The position numbers were made by a program, and so were the translations under genes. A stretch of 63,674 nt of DNA, filler included, from Vezdaea acicularis (taxonomy: Eukaryota): NCBI GenBank assembly GCA_026025075.1. It is 11 parts of 11 records of this genome, joined end to end, with 100 filler letters (N's around TTAATTAATTAA, not from the genome) between each part and the next. Parts side by side here need not be neighbours in the genome. Positions count along the whole stretch, not along the records: positions 48,199 to 53,413 come from JAPEUI010000297.1; positions 53,514 to 58,590 come from JAPEUI010000298.1; positions 58,691 to 63,674 come from JAPEUI010000299.1; 8 more parts are not named here. One strand, given 5' to 3'. How positions within the stretch are numbered: the stretch's first letter is position 1; the number at the start of each line of letters is the position of its first letter. Shown here in pieces: positions 51,201 through 63,674 of this stretch. The notes beneath the pieces are model-generated. The model was not told the DNA's origin, searched no databases, and worked only from the letters and a program-made list of their open reading frames with translations.

Positions 51201-53318
51201 AAGATTCGAGCTCGCTAACGTCTTTGGCTCTGGAGGCGGCCGCGTTGGCATTTCCTGCTTCATTAGGCCAACCGCCATCTTCCTCGAAGCCCAACTCGAC
51301 GTCACGGTTGGGTAGGTGACTGATCTTTCAGGGCCGTCCTTGTGCGGAGCATGCCCGGCATCATCTCGCCGTGGGTCTATCCGGTCGTTGCCGCGCTCTT
51401 GTATGGTCGTTCCTTCCCGGATCTGCTTACTCCAGTTGGCCCTTGCACTAGGCGAGGCGGCATTTATACCAGCAGCCTGCGCGAGGTTGCCGATGGTCTT
51501 GGGCTCGACATCCGCCGAGTCGAGCGAGGAGAAGCGTCGCACTGTCCGAGCTGTGGATGCCGATTCGGGGAAATAGCCTCGAGCGTGGGGTGACGCCTTC
51601 GGGCTATCAATCTCGTCTGGAGTGTAGAAATGTTCGTTCGTGTCAAAGTACGTCTCCGGACTGCCCGCCTGTTGCTCGAGGAAGGGGTTCATGACCTTCC
51701 TAAGGCTGCTCACAGGGCTGGTTTGCGGCAGTGAAGTGTCGGGCCCTCTCTCCAACCGCAGTTGTGGAGGTAATGCTGGTGGTGGCATAGCCTCAGATAC
51801 TGACTTCTTCCGTCTCCGGAAGAAGCCTGATGGTTTTTTGTTCAAAGGTGCGGGAATCGGCTGAGGCTCAGGCGGCTCTCGCAGGGTCAAGCTGGGACCA
51901 GAGCCGATTCGCTGCGGTGTGCTCTGCCCGGATGCTTGCCTCTGTCGTGCTTCTCGAAGCCATGACTCGGGCTCTCCTGGAGCCAGCGGGTCTCGACCAA
52001 AGTCCTGATTGGCCGGTTGCTTGGACGATGAAAACATACGTCTAAAGAAGCCTGGCCGTTCTTTCGAAGGGGGTACGAACTCCGGTGTGGCGACTGGAAG
52101 GGGTTTGCCATATGGTACGGTTGGACTAGGCGCGGAAGGGTTATCGAATAGTGGCACGGGAGGTATCTCTCGAGGGTCACCAAAGTAAGCAATGTCATCG
52201 GGCCGGCTTTTGTTCCCTCCCAGGCCCATGAATCTGCCTTTCTTGTTGTGGTGGCTCTTCGACGACCGAGTACTCCTCTTCCGCTCGAGCGCAGGTGCTT
52301 CAGGAGGAGGGTGAGACGGCGGTGGTGGATATGCGGAGGGCGGAGGAGGCGACGGTCTTCTCGAAGGGCCGCCACGAACGGTTGGTGTAGGTGCCGCGTC
52401 GTCGTAACTGTATTCCAGCGTTTGTGTAGGAATCTGAACCGCGAGCGGGTTCGAGTACGCAGGTGAGCTGTGGATGACACGATCGCCGTAGTCCTGATCG
52501 AAGCTCATCGGGCGTTGCTCCATCATGGTCGCCCAGGCCTTCATTCCAGCTCGCTGTGTTGAGCCCAGGTCGACGCTCGAATAGCCGCTCCCCTTGCTTC
52601 CCAGACTGCCACGCCCACGCGAGTGTGCCCTCCTGTGTTCCACCGGCGGAGCCGCTCGCTGTGACTCGATCCGCCCACGTCCGTTGATCCTCTCGATATT
52701 CTTCAGACTCGACTGGTGTGTGGAAGTGCTGTCGTTGTTTCTCCCATGTGACGGATTGCCAGAGTATGAACTCGCTTGCTCCCCAACGAATTCCGACGAC
52801 TGCGAGGACGACTGCGTGTGCCGTCTCCGGCCGCCCTTGAACAGACTGAATCGCAGACTCGTGGGAGGAGGAGACGTCGGTTCGTCTCGCAGAGTGGTAT
52901 AGTAGGGTCGCTCATCTTCCATCATCGCCAATGGCAGGGCCGATTGCACGGGCTGTTGCACCGCGAATTGGTCCAGGGACAACAGCATATTGTCGACGAG
53001 GGCATCATTGGGGTCCCCTCGCTGCGAGTACGTCAGGTCGTGCGAATCCCGCTCCGGACTCACCGACGTGGCTCTGTTCATCTGGTCCATCGCGTCGTGA
53101 CGACCGCGTTCCGAAACACGGCCGTCCAGCGCTCGCACCGCGCCGTTCATCTCTGGAGTTCGAGGAGGAGGAGGAAGAGAAAGAGGCCCGTCCAGCGGTG
53201 TATGTGGAGATGATGGAATGGAAGAGGGAAGAGTATCGTGCTCTTTCCGTCCACTTGAGGTCTGGTGCGACGCGCGCCTCTCAGACGTCCTCCGCCCGTT
53301 CTCCTCATTGAGGGGCAT
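48255..53318 (-). CDS. syt1: Sec7 + PH domain Arf guanine-nucleotide exchange factor (Syt1-like)
   Basis: LKGETQQVDRILDSFASRWCQCNP..|DVVHTICYSLLLLNTDLH (Sec7); WAKEGILKHK..TANYWSARLSKEPL (PH); introns 50412-50461 and 48639-48753. Confidence 0.92.
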
Positions 53319-53413
53319 CTTTTTCTGAGCGTCTCACGGCTCGAGATCGAACGCGCGCCCGGATCTCGCCCTCGAATGTTTTAGGTTTCGCTCAATGGTC
53401 TGAGGATGCTTCC

Positions 53414-53513
53414 NNNNNNNNNNNNNNNNNNNNNNNNNNNNNNNNNNNNNNNNNNNNTTAATTAATTAANNNNNNNNNNNNNNNNNNNNNNNNNNNNNNN
53501 NNNNNNNNNNNNN
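53414..53513. other. Artificial contig linker
   Basis: N44-TTAATTAATTAA-N44. Confidence 0.99.
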
Positions 53514-54860
53514 CCCATGAAGATCTCTGCGTAGTATTCATCGAGGGCACGTTTGTTGTCACCGACGGCTGGCATGTATTTGATGACGACAGTATGGTCT
53601 GGATGTTCACCTTTCTTGTAAAGAACGGTGTTGGCCTCGACCATGTCGTCGACAACGTTAGACTTGGAAATCTCCTTAGACCGGAACTGCTTCTGGGAGC
53701 TCAAGTTCATTCCGTCATTGTTTCCGAGGTGATTGTAACTCGCGATAGACGTAAGCTTGATGCCGGCGTTGATGAGGAAATCCACGAGCGCAGACTTCAT
53801 CTTAGTCTGACCAGACTTGAAGTCATCGCCTCCAATGAAAGCCTGATTTGTCTCGGCAAGTTCTATGGCGCCTGGAACGAAGGTATTTTGAGGAGAGCCG
53901 TTAATGAAAGGAGCGCCTTCCAGAATACAAGCAACTGCAAATACAGTCGAAGGAGCAACTTCAGCGTGACCATTCTCGATTGATTTAAGCAGATTGTCGG
54001 CAGTATCGTTCACTCCTTCAATGAGATCAGCGTAGCGTTCAGTATTGGCGGTCCATTGGACGATAACACTGTCGAGACCATTTTCTTGCTTAAAGGTTCT
54101 TTAAAAGCACGATCAGCACTTGGCCTAGGAGCAGCTCAAGCATGGATGCTTACCGAATATCTTTACGTATCCGATCAACGTGGGCCATAGACGCCTTGGA
54201 GCCTTCGAGGATATTATCGGCACGTTTTTCTTGATTGGCTGCAATGAAGTCGGGATAGTAGATACTTGGGAGCGGCTTCATCTCGGCCATCTGTTTCCTT
54301 ACTAGGTTTTTCAAAGAGGGCTCAAGAACTGCAGCACGATCCATAGCATCGGCAAGATTCATTCCACTAATATCCCATCCCCCAATGACAAGGTCATTGG
54401 GGTGAACCATCGGCAGGACATCGTGGAACGGGATGTTGACCTCCTTACCAGTCTCAGAGTCAGTGCCAAGTTTCATGGTAGAGGCCATGACTACAGAGCC
54501 ATAGTAATTGGCCGCACGTTTGCCTTCACGAGTCTCCCATTCCAATTTATCGCGGTTTGCGATAATGCCCGCAGTGACTGTTGAGCCGTTGTTGCCGCCC
54601 CAGCCGACAAGCATCATTCCTGTCTTACCGACTTTGCGATCAACCTTGAAGTCATAGAGCGTCTCCTTCGGTGAAGCAATGTACTTGCCATCAGAGACTT
54701 GGGTAACCGATGTCGTACGGTAGGTGTACGTGCTTCTAATTTCATTGTCGGTATACGCTACATTTGGTGAGTTCACCGTGAAGAGATCTTTGTTTCCTGC
54801 AGGGTTCGAGTGTCCATCCCCGTTCGCGTGGCCATTACTAATCTCAGCGTGAGGTGCCAT
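53514..54860 (-). CDS. ino1: myo-Inositol-1-phosphate synthase (3' partial)
   Basis: [38 protein letters not shown]; intron 54099-54153. Confidence 0.98.
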
Positions 54861-55000
54861 ACTAGGTCAAGCACGGTTGTGTCCGACACAGGCAATATTC
54901 TTGAATGCTTAACGTGGATTGAGTTTATCTGGTTTGCACAGAATCCGACGTGCCTCCTGGAGCGGAAGAGCGGCGGCCACCGGCGAACGGGTGATGGGAA

Positions 55001-55075
55001 CTAGAAGGGAATCACGTTAGCCTCAACTCCTTCTAGAAGGTTCTTCTTTGGGCAGGAACGAGCCGGGTCACGTAC
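55001..55075 (-). other. Putative 5'-leader intron of ino1
   Basis: Minus strand GTACGT..GCTAAC..CTAG, 75 nt, 140 nt upstream of the ATG. Confidence 0.7.
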
Positions 55076-57406
55076 GAGTTGAGAAGATTTGAAAACGTCT
55101 TGATAGATTTGGTGATCGCAGCTTAACGCGCGATCAGCAAGTTTGGTGGTGGTTGAGTTGGTAACGGAGTTGCGGCGAAGAAGTCACGTCTTGTGGACAC
55201 AAAGTTCTGGATGTCTGGAGTTTTTAGGTGAATGGGGTGTGGGTTGACGTTATCGTGACAGCAGACAGCACTAATATAGTGAAGGAAACACACGATCTCG
55301 TCAACCCCGCTAAGGTCCAATTTAGCTTCACTTCTCACTTCACTCCTTCGATAGGCCCTCGCCTAATTTTAAACTAACAGCATGCAGAGCGATAAGATGG
55401 CTGAAGTTTCTTCTAAGTCTAATTGAATTGGCGCATACCTTTCGCCCCGTACTCTGTCTACCTCTGACAAAGCATAATGACTTTGCTAGACCCAGAACAA
55501 AAGGCCTTCAGTGAACGTGTCCGTAAGCTACAGGCTTCTATCATGGCGCTAATACAATCCTCGTGGCCCGGGCTTATGCGATATCGGCTCACAATGTTCA
55601 AAATCATCTCTTCAACATCATTAAAGAGCCTTTCAAAGAGCGGTGACGGACCGCCAGGATATATGGTAGGACGTCCCAAACAAAGCTTGAGGGAGCATAG
55701 CTCTTCATCAGCCCATACATGTCTTCCCTCACTCGTAGAGACTTACGTTTTACCACCACCTCAAGAAGAATGTATGAAACTACTGGGTGGAACTGCTGCC
55801 AAAACAGATTCTCATCCGCCCTACACAGTAATCCAGAGGGACGAGGTTGCGATCTCGGAACGAGGGGCAAATGGATCACGTGCAAAGATGCATTTCTCGC
55901 CTGTTCGTCACATGGAATCTGGTGGGGCAAAGCTGATCCAAGCGCTTTGCTTGGACATCCTGCAAGGTTGCACACTAACATACGAAAGATAGTCAAGTTC
56001 TAGATTCACGTTGTCCAGTGATCAATCTCAACTGTATATCCATGCGATGCCGGCCATGATCTAACGGCGCAGAAGCCGGCGGCTTTGTCGTGGGAATTGA
56101 AGGGAGGCGTCGGAGCCAGATGATTGAGTCGAGTGAGTGGTTGCTTAGCGGGACGACTCAGGGGTTGCCGCCCTCTGAGTGGTCGCTTTAGGGCCCCTAA
56201 TTTCCCACCGCCACCATCCCTGTCGCTCTTTATGCATGTCATTGGCACGACCTCAACCTCCGAACACCACAATCTTGCACGTAGAAAGGTCTGCTCGTGC
56301 CAAGTCGACCGACAGCATCACGTCTGCTTCGTTCGGGGGCCATGATGATCGATCGTGGAAGGTTACAAAGCTATGGACCTCCAATAGCTAGGCTATGCTG
56401 AAGCCGAAACGGAAGATGTGAAAGCACCGATTGGCTGGGCCCGGTACCCTTTCATCATGCATTTACTGCAGAGGGAGATTGATATGCGCAGCTTGCCACT
56501 CTGTAACACATCTGGACCTCGGGCTTCACGTTGTCTCGCCTTATCGCTGTACTCACAGTGGAATCGGTGTATGAGATATCCAATATTGCCGTCGTAACGC
56601 CCGGAGATCAGCAGTTTCAGTAGCCGTGGTACCGAAAGAGGGTACCGGCCGATGCTTCTGCTTGAGAGCGTCTGAGAGAGAGGCGTGATCGTTACTCACA
56701 TCTCTTGCAGTCACAATTAACAATATCCATGTCATGAAATACGCACTGAATAGAAGTAGAGGGGTCAGAGAATAATGAAGCACGGAGTAGGAGCGGGCCA
56801 TCATGTGTCTCGTTCCTTTACTATGTAGCTCACTTATCAACCGTGCGCGGTACCGTCCCGTACCGTAATTTTGGCGTCGCTGCACATCGTTCGGAGCAGC
56901 GCCGTGCTCTTTCCCACTAAACCCTGACGCGAGGTCTAGGGACTTCTGCGACCACCCATATACAACCTCTCGCCCTATCTTCCCTTGCACACTCTATCCT
57001 TACAACTGTACTCTTCCCTGACATCGAAGCGCTCCTGGTGAGCTTCACCTAACTGCATTCATCTCGACCGCGTCGGCTTGCCCTGCTTCGTGCCTCCTTT
57101 CTCAGACTGACCATTTGCCCTCATTCGCACTTGATCTTATCATTACCAACCGCTCTGAACAACAGCAGAGCTTGGCGTTGCTCGAAGCTTTGTGACCTCC
57201 GTTCACTGAACCGCATACTTCTATTTGCTTTCGATTTCACGCTCCCACAATCTCTGGAGAGTTTGCGATACCGGTCTAGAACTGGCGACATAAAGAATCC
57301 AAAGCAGTCTTTGGAACGGGGGTTCTTTAATGATTACACACGCGGAGCAATCGGAGGGAGTTGGTCGAGCATACAGGCGGGTAATACCTAGAGCTATTGC
57401 GCCATC

Positions 57407-58590
57407 ATGGCGGACTTCAACCGGCCGGCAAGCTTTCTGCCGACCATCAAATGCTCTAACTGCAATGAAGAGATTGAGATCTCTATGATGGGGGAACACG
57501 TGTGCTCGGGTGCCCCTTCTGGTACGCTTTGTCACGGATCGACGGGATATTGAGATGAAATCTTTGCTAACAACGAACAGCCAGGGCACCTACTGAGCCG
57601 ACCACACGAGTCGAGCGAGCAGACCCGCCACCTCCTAGAGGCTATGAAACCAGCGCATCAGGTTTCTTGAAGCCCGGACGGAAAGAGGCGCCACGCATAG
57701 ATTCTTCGGCTGCCAGTGCGTTCAATTGCCTTATAATTCATGAAGATCGCGCTGATCATTCGCTACAGATCGTTCGTTCGCTCGACAAGACCTCCTCACA
57801 CCATCTAGTGGCGCGAGTAGTCCTCGAAACTTTCCTCAAGATGGCCGCATTTCGCCATATGGCTCTACCTTTGCAAAGCATAGACCCGCCACACCTCCGA
57901 CGCCGGCAAGAACTAATCTTGATTGCGCCTTTCCTCCGTTTCCTGTCGCCTCATCTATGGGACCGAAAAGCCACCGAGAAGACCTTATCCACCCTGACTC
58001 AAATCCTAACCAACCTCTTCCTAGTCCGAGATTCGAAGCGGCTGGAAATGCCCTTAAAAGAATGAATACAATTGCGCCAGGGCCATTTGGATTGAAAGGT
58101 AGACCCAGAGAAGGAACCTTGGAGAGTGAAGGTGGAGGGGGAAGTCTGCAACGAAATGCAACAACAAAGGACTACACGAGAGCACCAAGTGGGGGTGGAA
58201 AAAGCCATTTCCAGAAACCGTCTGGCGGATCAGATCTTTCAGGGTCCAGCGGCTCTGGGAGCAATAGAAGTACGCTAGCGCGCCAGATGTCCGATCCAAG
58301 AGCAAATAACCACGCAAGGACCGACCGAGCTGGTGGTTATGGTGGGCTGGGGGCGCAACCACCCTTAGAAGAGCACGAGCTGCAAGCTGAAGCGATAAGA
58401 CAGGAAGATTGGTCACAGACCTACCCTACGATTGAAGACGGGCACTCGACGACCAATGGCCGTTCTGGTCCACTTCCAAGGCGACCTTCAGAACCCTCCA
58501 GAAGAAGGCCAACAATGGAAGCGCCTGAAATGCCGTACGATCAAAACAGGTCCGTGGAGCCGTCTGGTACGATAGACCGGCAACCTCCAG
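57407..58590 (+). CDS. Paxillin-like LIM protein N-terminus (3' partial)
   Basis: SFLPTIKCSNCNEEIEISMMGEHVC, NLDCAFPPFP, RMNTIAPGPF; introns 57522-57580 and 57716-57768. The LIM domains would lie beyond the contig end. Confidence 0.75.
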
Positions 58591-58690
58591 NNNNNNNNNN
58601 NNNNNNNNNNNNNNNNNNNNNNNNNNNNNNNNNNTTAATTAATTAANNNNNNNNNNNNNNNNNNNNNNNNNNNNNNNNNNNNNNNNNNNN
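58591..58690. other. Artificial contig linker
   Basis: N44-TTAATTAATTAA-N44. Confidence 0.99.
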
Positions 58691-59873
58691 GACAGGATCC
58701 CCCATGGCAAGGACGCCGTTTCTGAGTGAGGCGTTGCCATTGCACTCGTCAGCTGCTTTTAAAATCGACTGACCAGGCTCTACAGCTACTTTACCCGTTT
58801 TGAGGGCCATCAGGATTGCGGTCTCGCCTCCACAAACGTGTACACACCACCGCCCGGTACCCTCTCCGACGGCGACCGCGCCGGCGCCTTTTGCAAGAAC
58901 CGTGCCACCTTGCTCAAAGCCGTTTCTGGCGGCGGCCGCCACGGCTTCGACGAACCGTTTTACCCTAAAGGTACGTTCTACTCTCAACCCATCCTCAGTT
59001 GAAAAAGCTAACACCCGCAGGCTGCCACTACCGCTGGTACTCCACAGCACAGATCTGTCACATCTTAAGCCGCTTCGACGGGCTCGCCTTTGTAGGCGAC
59101 GAGCTGATGCTCAGCATCTACAAAGGCTTCACCATCCTGCTCCGGGAAAACATAGCGCTCGGCGCCCTGAAACAATGGGACATGTCCGAGAAGCAGCTCG
59201 CGGCCTGCCGGTGCGAGAATCAATTTATCACGGCAGAGTGTCTGGGCTTTGCTGTGACCAACTCATATGAGATGCGAGAGAAAGACGCAGGAAGTGCTCA
59301 CAAGAGCCCGTATATTTGTGACAGTACGCGAGAAAGCCCCAGATATACATAATTAGACATAGCCTCACGCTCTGCAAAAACCCGAACCGACTGACTGGAT
59401 GAATAGGAACACCGCACATGTATATCCCCATCACCGGCCCGGCCACCGAAAACGACAAGGCCCGCTACCGCAGCCTCTTCGACCCCGACCCCAACGCCTG
59501 GAAACCCGTCCCGCTCCTCCACAGCCTCGGCCTGTCCACCTCCCTCTCCTGGCCCACCGGCACAAACAGCCTCGACGAATGGGCTTCTCTTGCAGACAGC
59601 ACGCTACGCGCAACGCCAATGCTAGCCTTAGGCCCCAATGCCGCAGGACACCTCAAGCCCCCAGGCCAGATCCTGAGCGAGGGCAATAACGCCCTCTGGC
59701 ATTATACCATTGAGATGGGAAAGGAGGCTGAGGCGAGGGGTATCGAGTGGGTCGGGCTGTACAATATGACACTGCAGGCTAGCAGCTGGGACGGCAGTGC
59801 CTACGGGCTCAGGGTCGCGGTGACGCAGGCAATGATCGTGATTAACTGGCTAGCACGGCTGGAGAGCTCGTGA
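58691..59873 (+). CDS. Conserved fungal protein, possibly SGNH/PC-esterase-like (5' partial)
   Basis: Introns 58726-58785, 58971-59020 and 59324-59406 give one frame: GGGRHGFDEPF..GCHYRWYS..FVGDE..CRCENQF..SWDGSAYG..INWLARL. Confidence 0.75.
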
Positions 59874-60824
59874 GGTAGTCGGCAGGGGAGACTTGACAGC
59901 GTCGGGTCTGGTCGTGTGGGCTTCCTTTGCATTACTGCTCGGCGAGAAAGGGATGGACAGCGGAGCGACGATGAGGATTGCTCTCTCTGTGTGTACTCGC
60001 TTTGCACCCCCCCTCATCTAGACCGCTGCTAAAGCTGAACACGAAGCACCTGACCGCATAAAATGTCTTTTCTGTCGAAGTCCGTCGGTTCTCTCGTCAT
60101 CCTCCACTCCCCCCCTCTCTCATTACTATACTCCCCTTTAAAAGCAATCTATAAATCCCCCGCAATTCAGGAAACCTACCCCACCCCACCATCTCCATCA
60201 GTACTTATCCCATCCATCCACCCCCACCCACCCCCCCTCCACGCATACCCGAGCACTAGCTCAGTCACTCCATCACATGTACAAAACGGAATCATACATC
60301 ATAGATAAAGGCAGAAGTAGCGGAGTTCCCCCGCCTGATATCTCAGACTCTAGAAGGTGTGAAAAGCGGTTCATCCTAGACCACCCTCTGCGGAAGAAAA
60401 AGCCTAAGGACTGTGTCTCGAGAGAGTGGTAGGTGGGGTGCCTTTCCTAATATTATCTTCGTTATGCTTTGAGTATCGAGGGGGATCGAGTGTGTCGGAT
60501 TTTCTGGGTAGGAGATATAGTGAGAGGACGGTTCCTGATGAAGGGGGGCTGGGGAGAATGGCGCGAGGCGTGAAGCGCCGGGGAAATAAGGGGGGTGGTA
60601 GTTTGGGGTATTACGTCCGCTAGGGAGGTTCACTTCGCGATGAGCCGGATGAGTAAAACCGCATCATCGACCGCACGACGCTAGGGATAGCCGAATTTCA
60701 TATCTCCTACGCCGTACTCCCCAAAGACATATATATACACGCCCCCCCCCCCCTCCTTCCCCTCCAACAGAAAAAGCCAAGCCGCACCCCCCCAACCCCA
60801 ACCCCAACGCCAACCCCCACCCCT

Positions 60825-62135
60825 CTACCCAAGCGGATGCGGCGTAGCCGGCACCTGAGAGAGCTCGGCCCTCCCCCTCGCAAAAACTTGATACGCCCTC
60901 GCCGTTCCCTGGTCCAGGACGGGGGGGGGACTAGCAGCTGGATCTGGGAGTCCAGTAGGGTCCAGTGTCGCGTCCGCATGGTGATGGCTGTCGAGGCCTG
61001 CGCTGTGGGGAGGGAAGGTCATGTTTGGGTTTGGAGTGTCGTTGTTGGTGAAGGCTTGGGAAGGGGGGTATGGTTGTTGCGGCTGCTGCCGATGCTGTTG
61101 TTGTTGTTGGGGATGCTGATGTTGGGGATCCCAGTATCCCCCAGACGCATATGGCGAGCCCTGCGCGAACTGCGGTGAGGGAATATACGGCGCGGCTTGT
61201 CCCTGCGGGGAGTACGGCCCGGCGAGGTACGGAGAGGTTTGGTCTTGCGGCGGGCCGTACGCGGAGTTGTGCAGTGTTGACATGTGAGGCGAGGTCGTCG
61301 TGTGCGGAGAAGTGGGGCCGAGCATGGGAGCTGCTTCGGTGGTGCGTTTCTTCATGCCGTGGCGGCGGAAGAGGAAGAAGATGGCTAGAGCGGCGAGGAC
61401 ACAGAAGATAGGGATGCCGATGCCGAGGCCGGCTTTGGCGCCGGTCGACAGGCCGTGGGAACTACTCGAGGTGGGAGAGGTTGTCGCGTGGCTCGTTGAA
61501 GATGTGGTCGATGAGGAGGTCTGGCTCGAGCTGGTCGAGGTCTTGGTCGTCAGGGCGGGCAAGACGCTCAGGTCGGAGCTCTGGTAGAAGATATCGATGC
61601 CCCAGGCCAAGACCGTCATCGAGGAGCTCCCTGGCGTTGTCAAGAAGGTGCCGAATCCGGTGCCAACATCGATGCCCCACACCGAGGTCGTCGAGTTGAG
61701 CACGCTGTAGCACGTTCGCACCGTCCCCGCGTTCTCGCTGATGTCGTTGAGAGTCTGGTATCCACTGCGAAGGGTGTTACTCCCCAGCGACGCTTGAATA
61801 TGCTGGCTTGATGCAGCGATGACGACTTACTTTGGGCAGCAGGCAAATGCGGATTCTCCCGCCGAAAGTGTCAGATTCAAGATGCCATAGCTAAGGTCGT
61901 GATTCTGTAACGTGGCACTGGTCCCATAGCCCTGCGGACAGACCCCGGGGGAATAGCCGTCGGCCATTCTCCAGTTGACTGGGAAGCACCCCAGGTCAAT
62001 CCCCTGCCGTAAGACGCTGTCCGTGAAAGAGCTGGTCAGTGAGAAGCATGTAGGAGCTGGAGTGAAAACGGTTGTAAGAGGAAAAATCGCAGTAGGCACC
62101 GAGTCCGTAGAAGAGGCCAGGGCTGTGAGTGCCAT
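60825..62135 (-). CDS. Single-pass cell-surface protein (Cys-rich N-terminus, Ser/Thr stalk, Mid2-like TM)
   Basis: PLTTVFTPAPTC..CFP..YSPGVCPQGY..ACCP, intron 61765-61830, S/T tract, GLSTGAKAGLGIGIP..FFLFRR; 3' end uncertain. Confidence 0.8.
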
Positions 62136-63674
62136 CTTGAGCTATCAAGCTTCGATCGATAGACAGGACAAGCCTAATGCCACAAAGCACAAACTATGCA
62201 GATTAGAACCTTTCATTCTAATATAAAATCAGAAGTGCAAAGACGAGCAGCTATAGATAAATATTCCCGGGCTGTGCAAGCAAATGCCACGAACTCCCAA
62301 GGCCGAACTGCAGCTCTCTGTACGGGGATCATCTCTTTCGACAGCCGTTGCGGGATCAGCGCCAAGGAGACGATAAGAGCGACGCCGCAGCAAATCGGAG
62401 AGAAACATGCTGGTACCCCTCGCGATTGTGCCGCGTGGAGAAGGGGGGGGGCCCACCGGGGCTGGGGATGGAAGTGAATGTAGACGAGCGGCAAAGCAAC
62501 GAGGCTGCGAAGCTCTCACGGCTTAATCCTTTGCGGGCGAGGCCAAGCATGTAGAGGAAAGCGAAACAGCTTTCGACGATCTCGTCGAGAGGAACTGCAG
62601 GTGACCAATCAATGAAACGGACGAAGCAAGCTTGTGGTTGGGCTTTAAGCTTGTTTTTTTAGCTCTTGGAGCGCTCTAAAGATACGCGGCAGCAGTCAAC
62701 AGAGCAAGCTCGTCGACAAAAGGCGCAGCATCAAAGTGCGAAAGGAACGGGGAGAATCTTGCACGACTGAATGACCCATCGCCGTTAGAGCTGGCTAATG
62801 GAACAGACGTAAAAGCCAGAACATCTCAGAAAAATCAACGCATCAGTGCTCTCAGCCGGGGTGATGACTTGCGTATCTCCTCGTTCTGTTGAACAGTGGC
62901 TCCAGCAGACAGCATAGACAGCGGCTAAACTGCCACCGCTACAATTTCGAAATGTGAAAACTTGAGCATCGAAAATTTGGTGGTGGTCGATAAATAACGG
63001 ACAGTATAACCCGCACACCGTCGCTCACTATCCCGAGCACTCGTAAATCGTTGACATCGCACGAACTCAGCAACAAGCAAAGGGACCTCTCCAGCAGCAG
63101 TAGCAGCAGCATCAAGCATTCAATCACGGCACAAGCAAACGGGAGCTACTCTGAAACAACCTGCACCAGCACGCCACGATCGTAGTTATCCGATACGCAG
63201 ACAACAACTAATGGCCGTCCCGACAAGAAAGATGCAGTTGTGGAACAGGTCGCTAATGCAGTCGATCTAATGAATTATGGTTCGAGGGACTGAACCATTT
63301 TTCGATTTCTATAGATCTACAACCCTCCTCCGATTCAAACGACACAGATCACGAGGACTAAAAAAGCGAGTCGGGGGGGGGGAACAGAATCCCCCATCCG
63401 ATATTAAAGAAGCTAAGAATGTTTCATGCCCCGGGCCCCCACAACCATTTTCGAAGAAAAGAAGAAGAAGAAAGGGAAAAAAACGCTTTCGCCGACATGC
63501 ACATGCACGCGAACGGAGGGTTTATTAATAGACGAAGCGCACCCCCACCGACCCAGCCTTTTCGCCGAAAAAGCCGACTGACTGACTACAGGCCGAGTGC
63601 CAAGACGAGCACACCCGCGATGCCGGCCGCACCGGCCATGAGCGCACCAGTCGGCTTCGCCGCCGGGCCGGAGA

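Noticed and set aside
55458..56990. ORFs of 130-171 aa between ino1 and the paxillin-like gene
   Set aside because: No recognisable domains or codon bias; likely divergent-promoter DNA

Overview
Filamentous-ascomycete (Pezizomycotina) nuclear DNA with intron-rich genes, not one contiguous locus. Eleven unrelated contigs are joined by ten identical artificial 100-bp linkers (N44-TTAATTAATTAA-N44). The nine complete contigs shrink monotonically from 6284 to 5077 bp, so adjacency across linkers has no biological meaning. Recognisable genes: a CENP-C/Mif2-type cupin protein, tubulin cofactor B, Ipi3, Hse1, cytochrome b5, capping protein alpha, a HAK/KUP K+ transporter, a tyrosinase C-terminus, Adh1, a DUF6536 protein, a bZIP-like factor divergent from a chromate transporter, a Las17/WASP C-terminus, Mcm1, malate synthase, an AlcS/Gpr1-family transporter, Tpt1, a DUF3602 protein, a Syt1-like Arf-GEF, Ino1, a paxillin-like protein and several unknowns. 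Most interesting: (1) a probable non-canonical AT-AC intron in adh1; (2) a Tc1/mariner element with perfect 34-bp TIRs flanked by CCT rather than TA, with CpG loss confined to its centre; (3) a convergent pair of genes sharing an uncharacterised Cys-rich domain, one clearly secreted; (4) a spliced, AUG-free ino1 leader with a candidate non-AUG uORF; (5) an impala/mimp-like MITE; (6) a bZIP-CHR module; (7) a CENP-C-like cupin protein with AT-hooks but no CENP-C motif in view. All family assignments come from motif recognition by eye; no searches were run.
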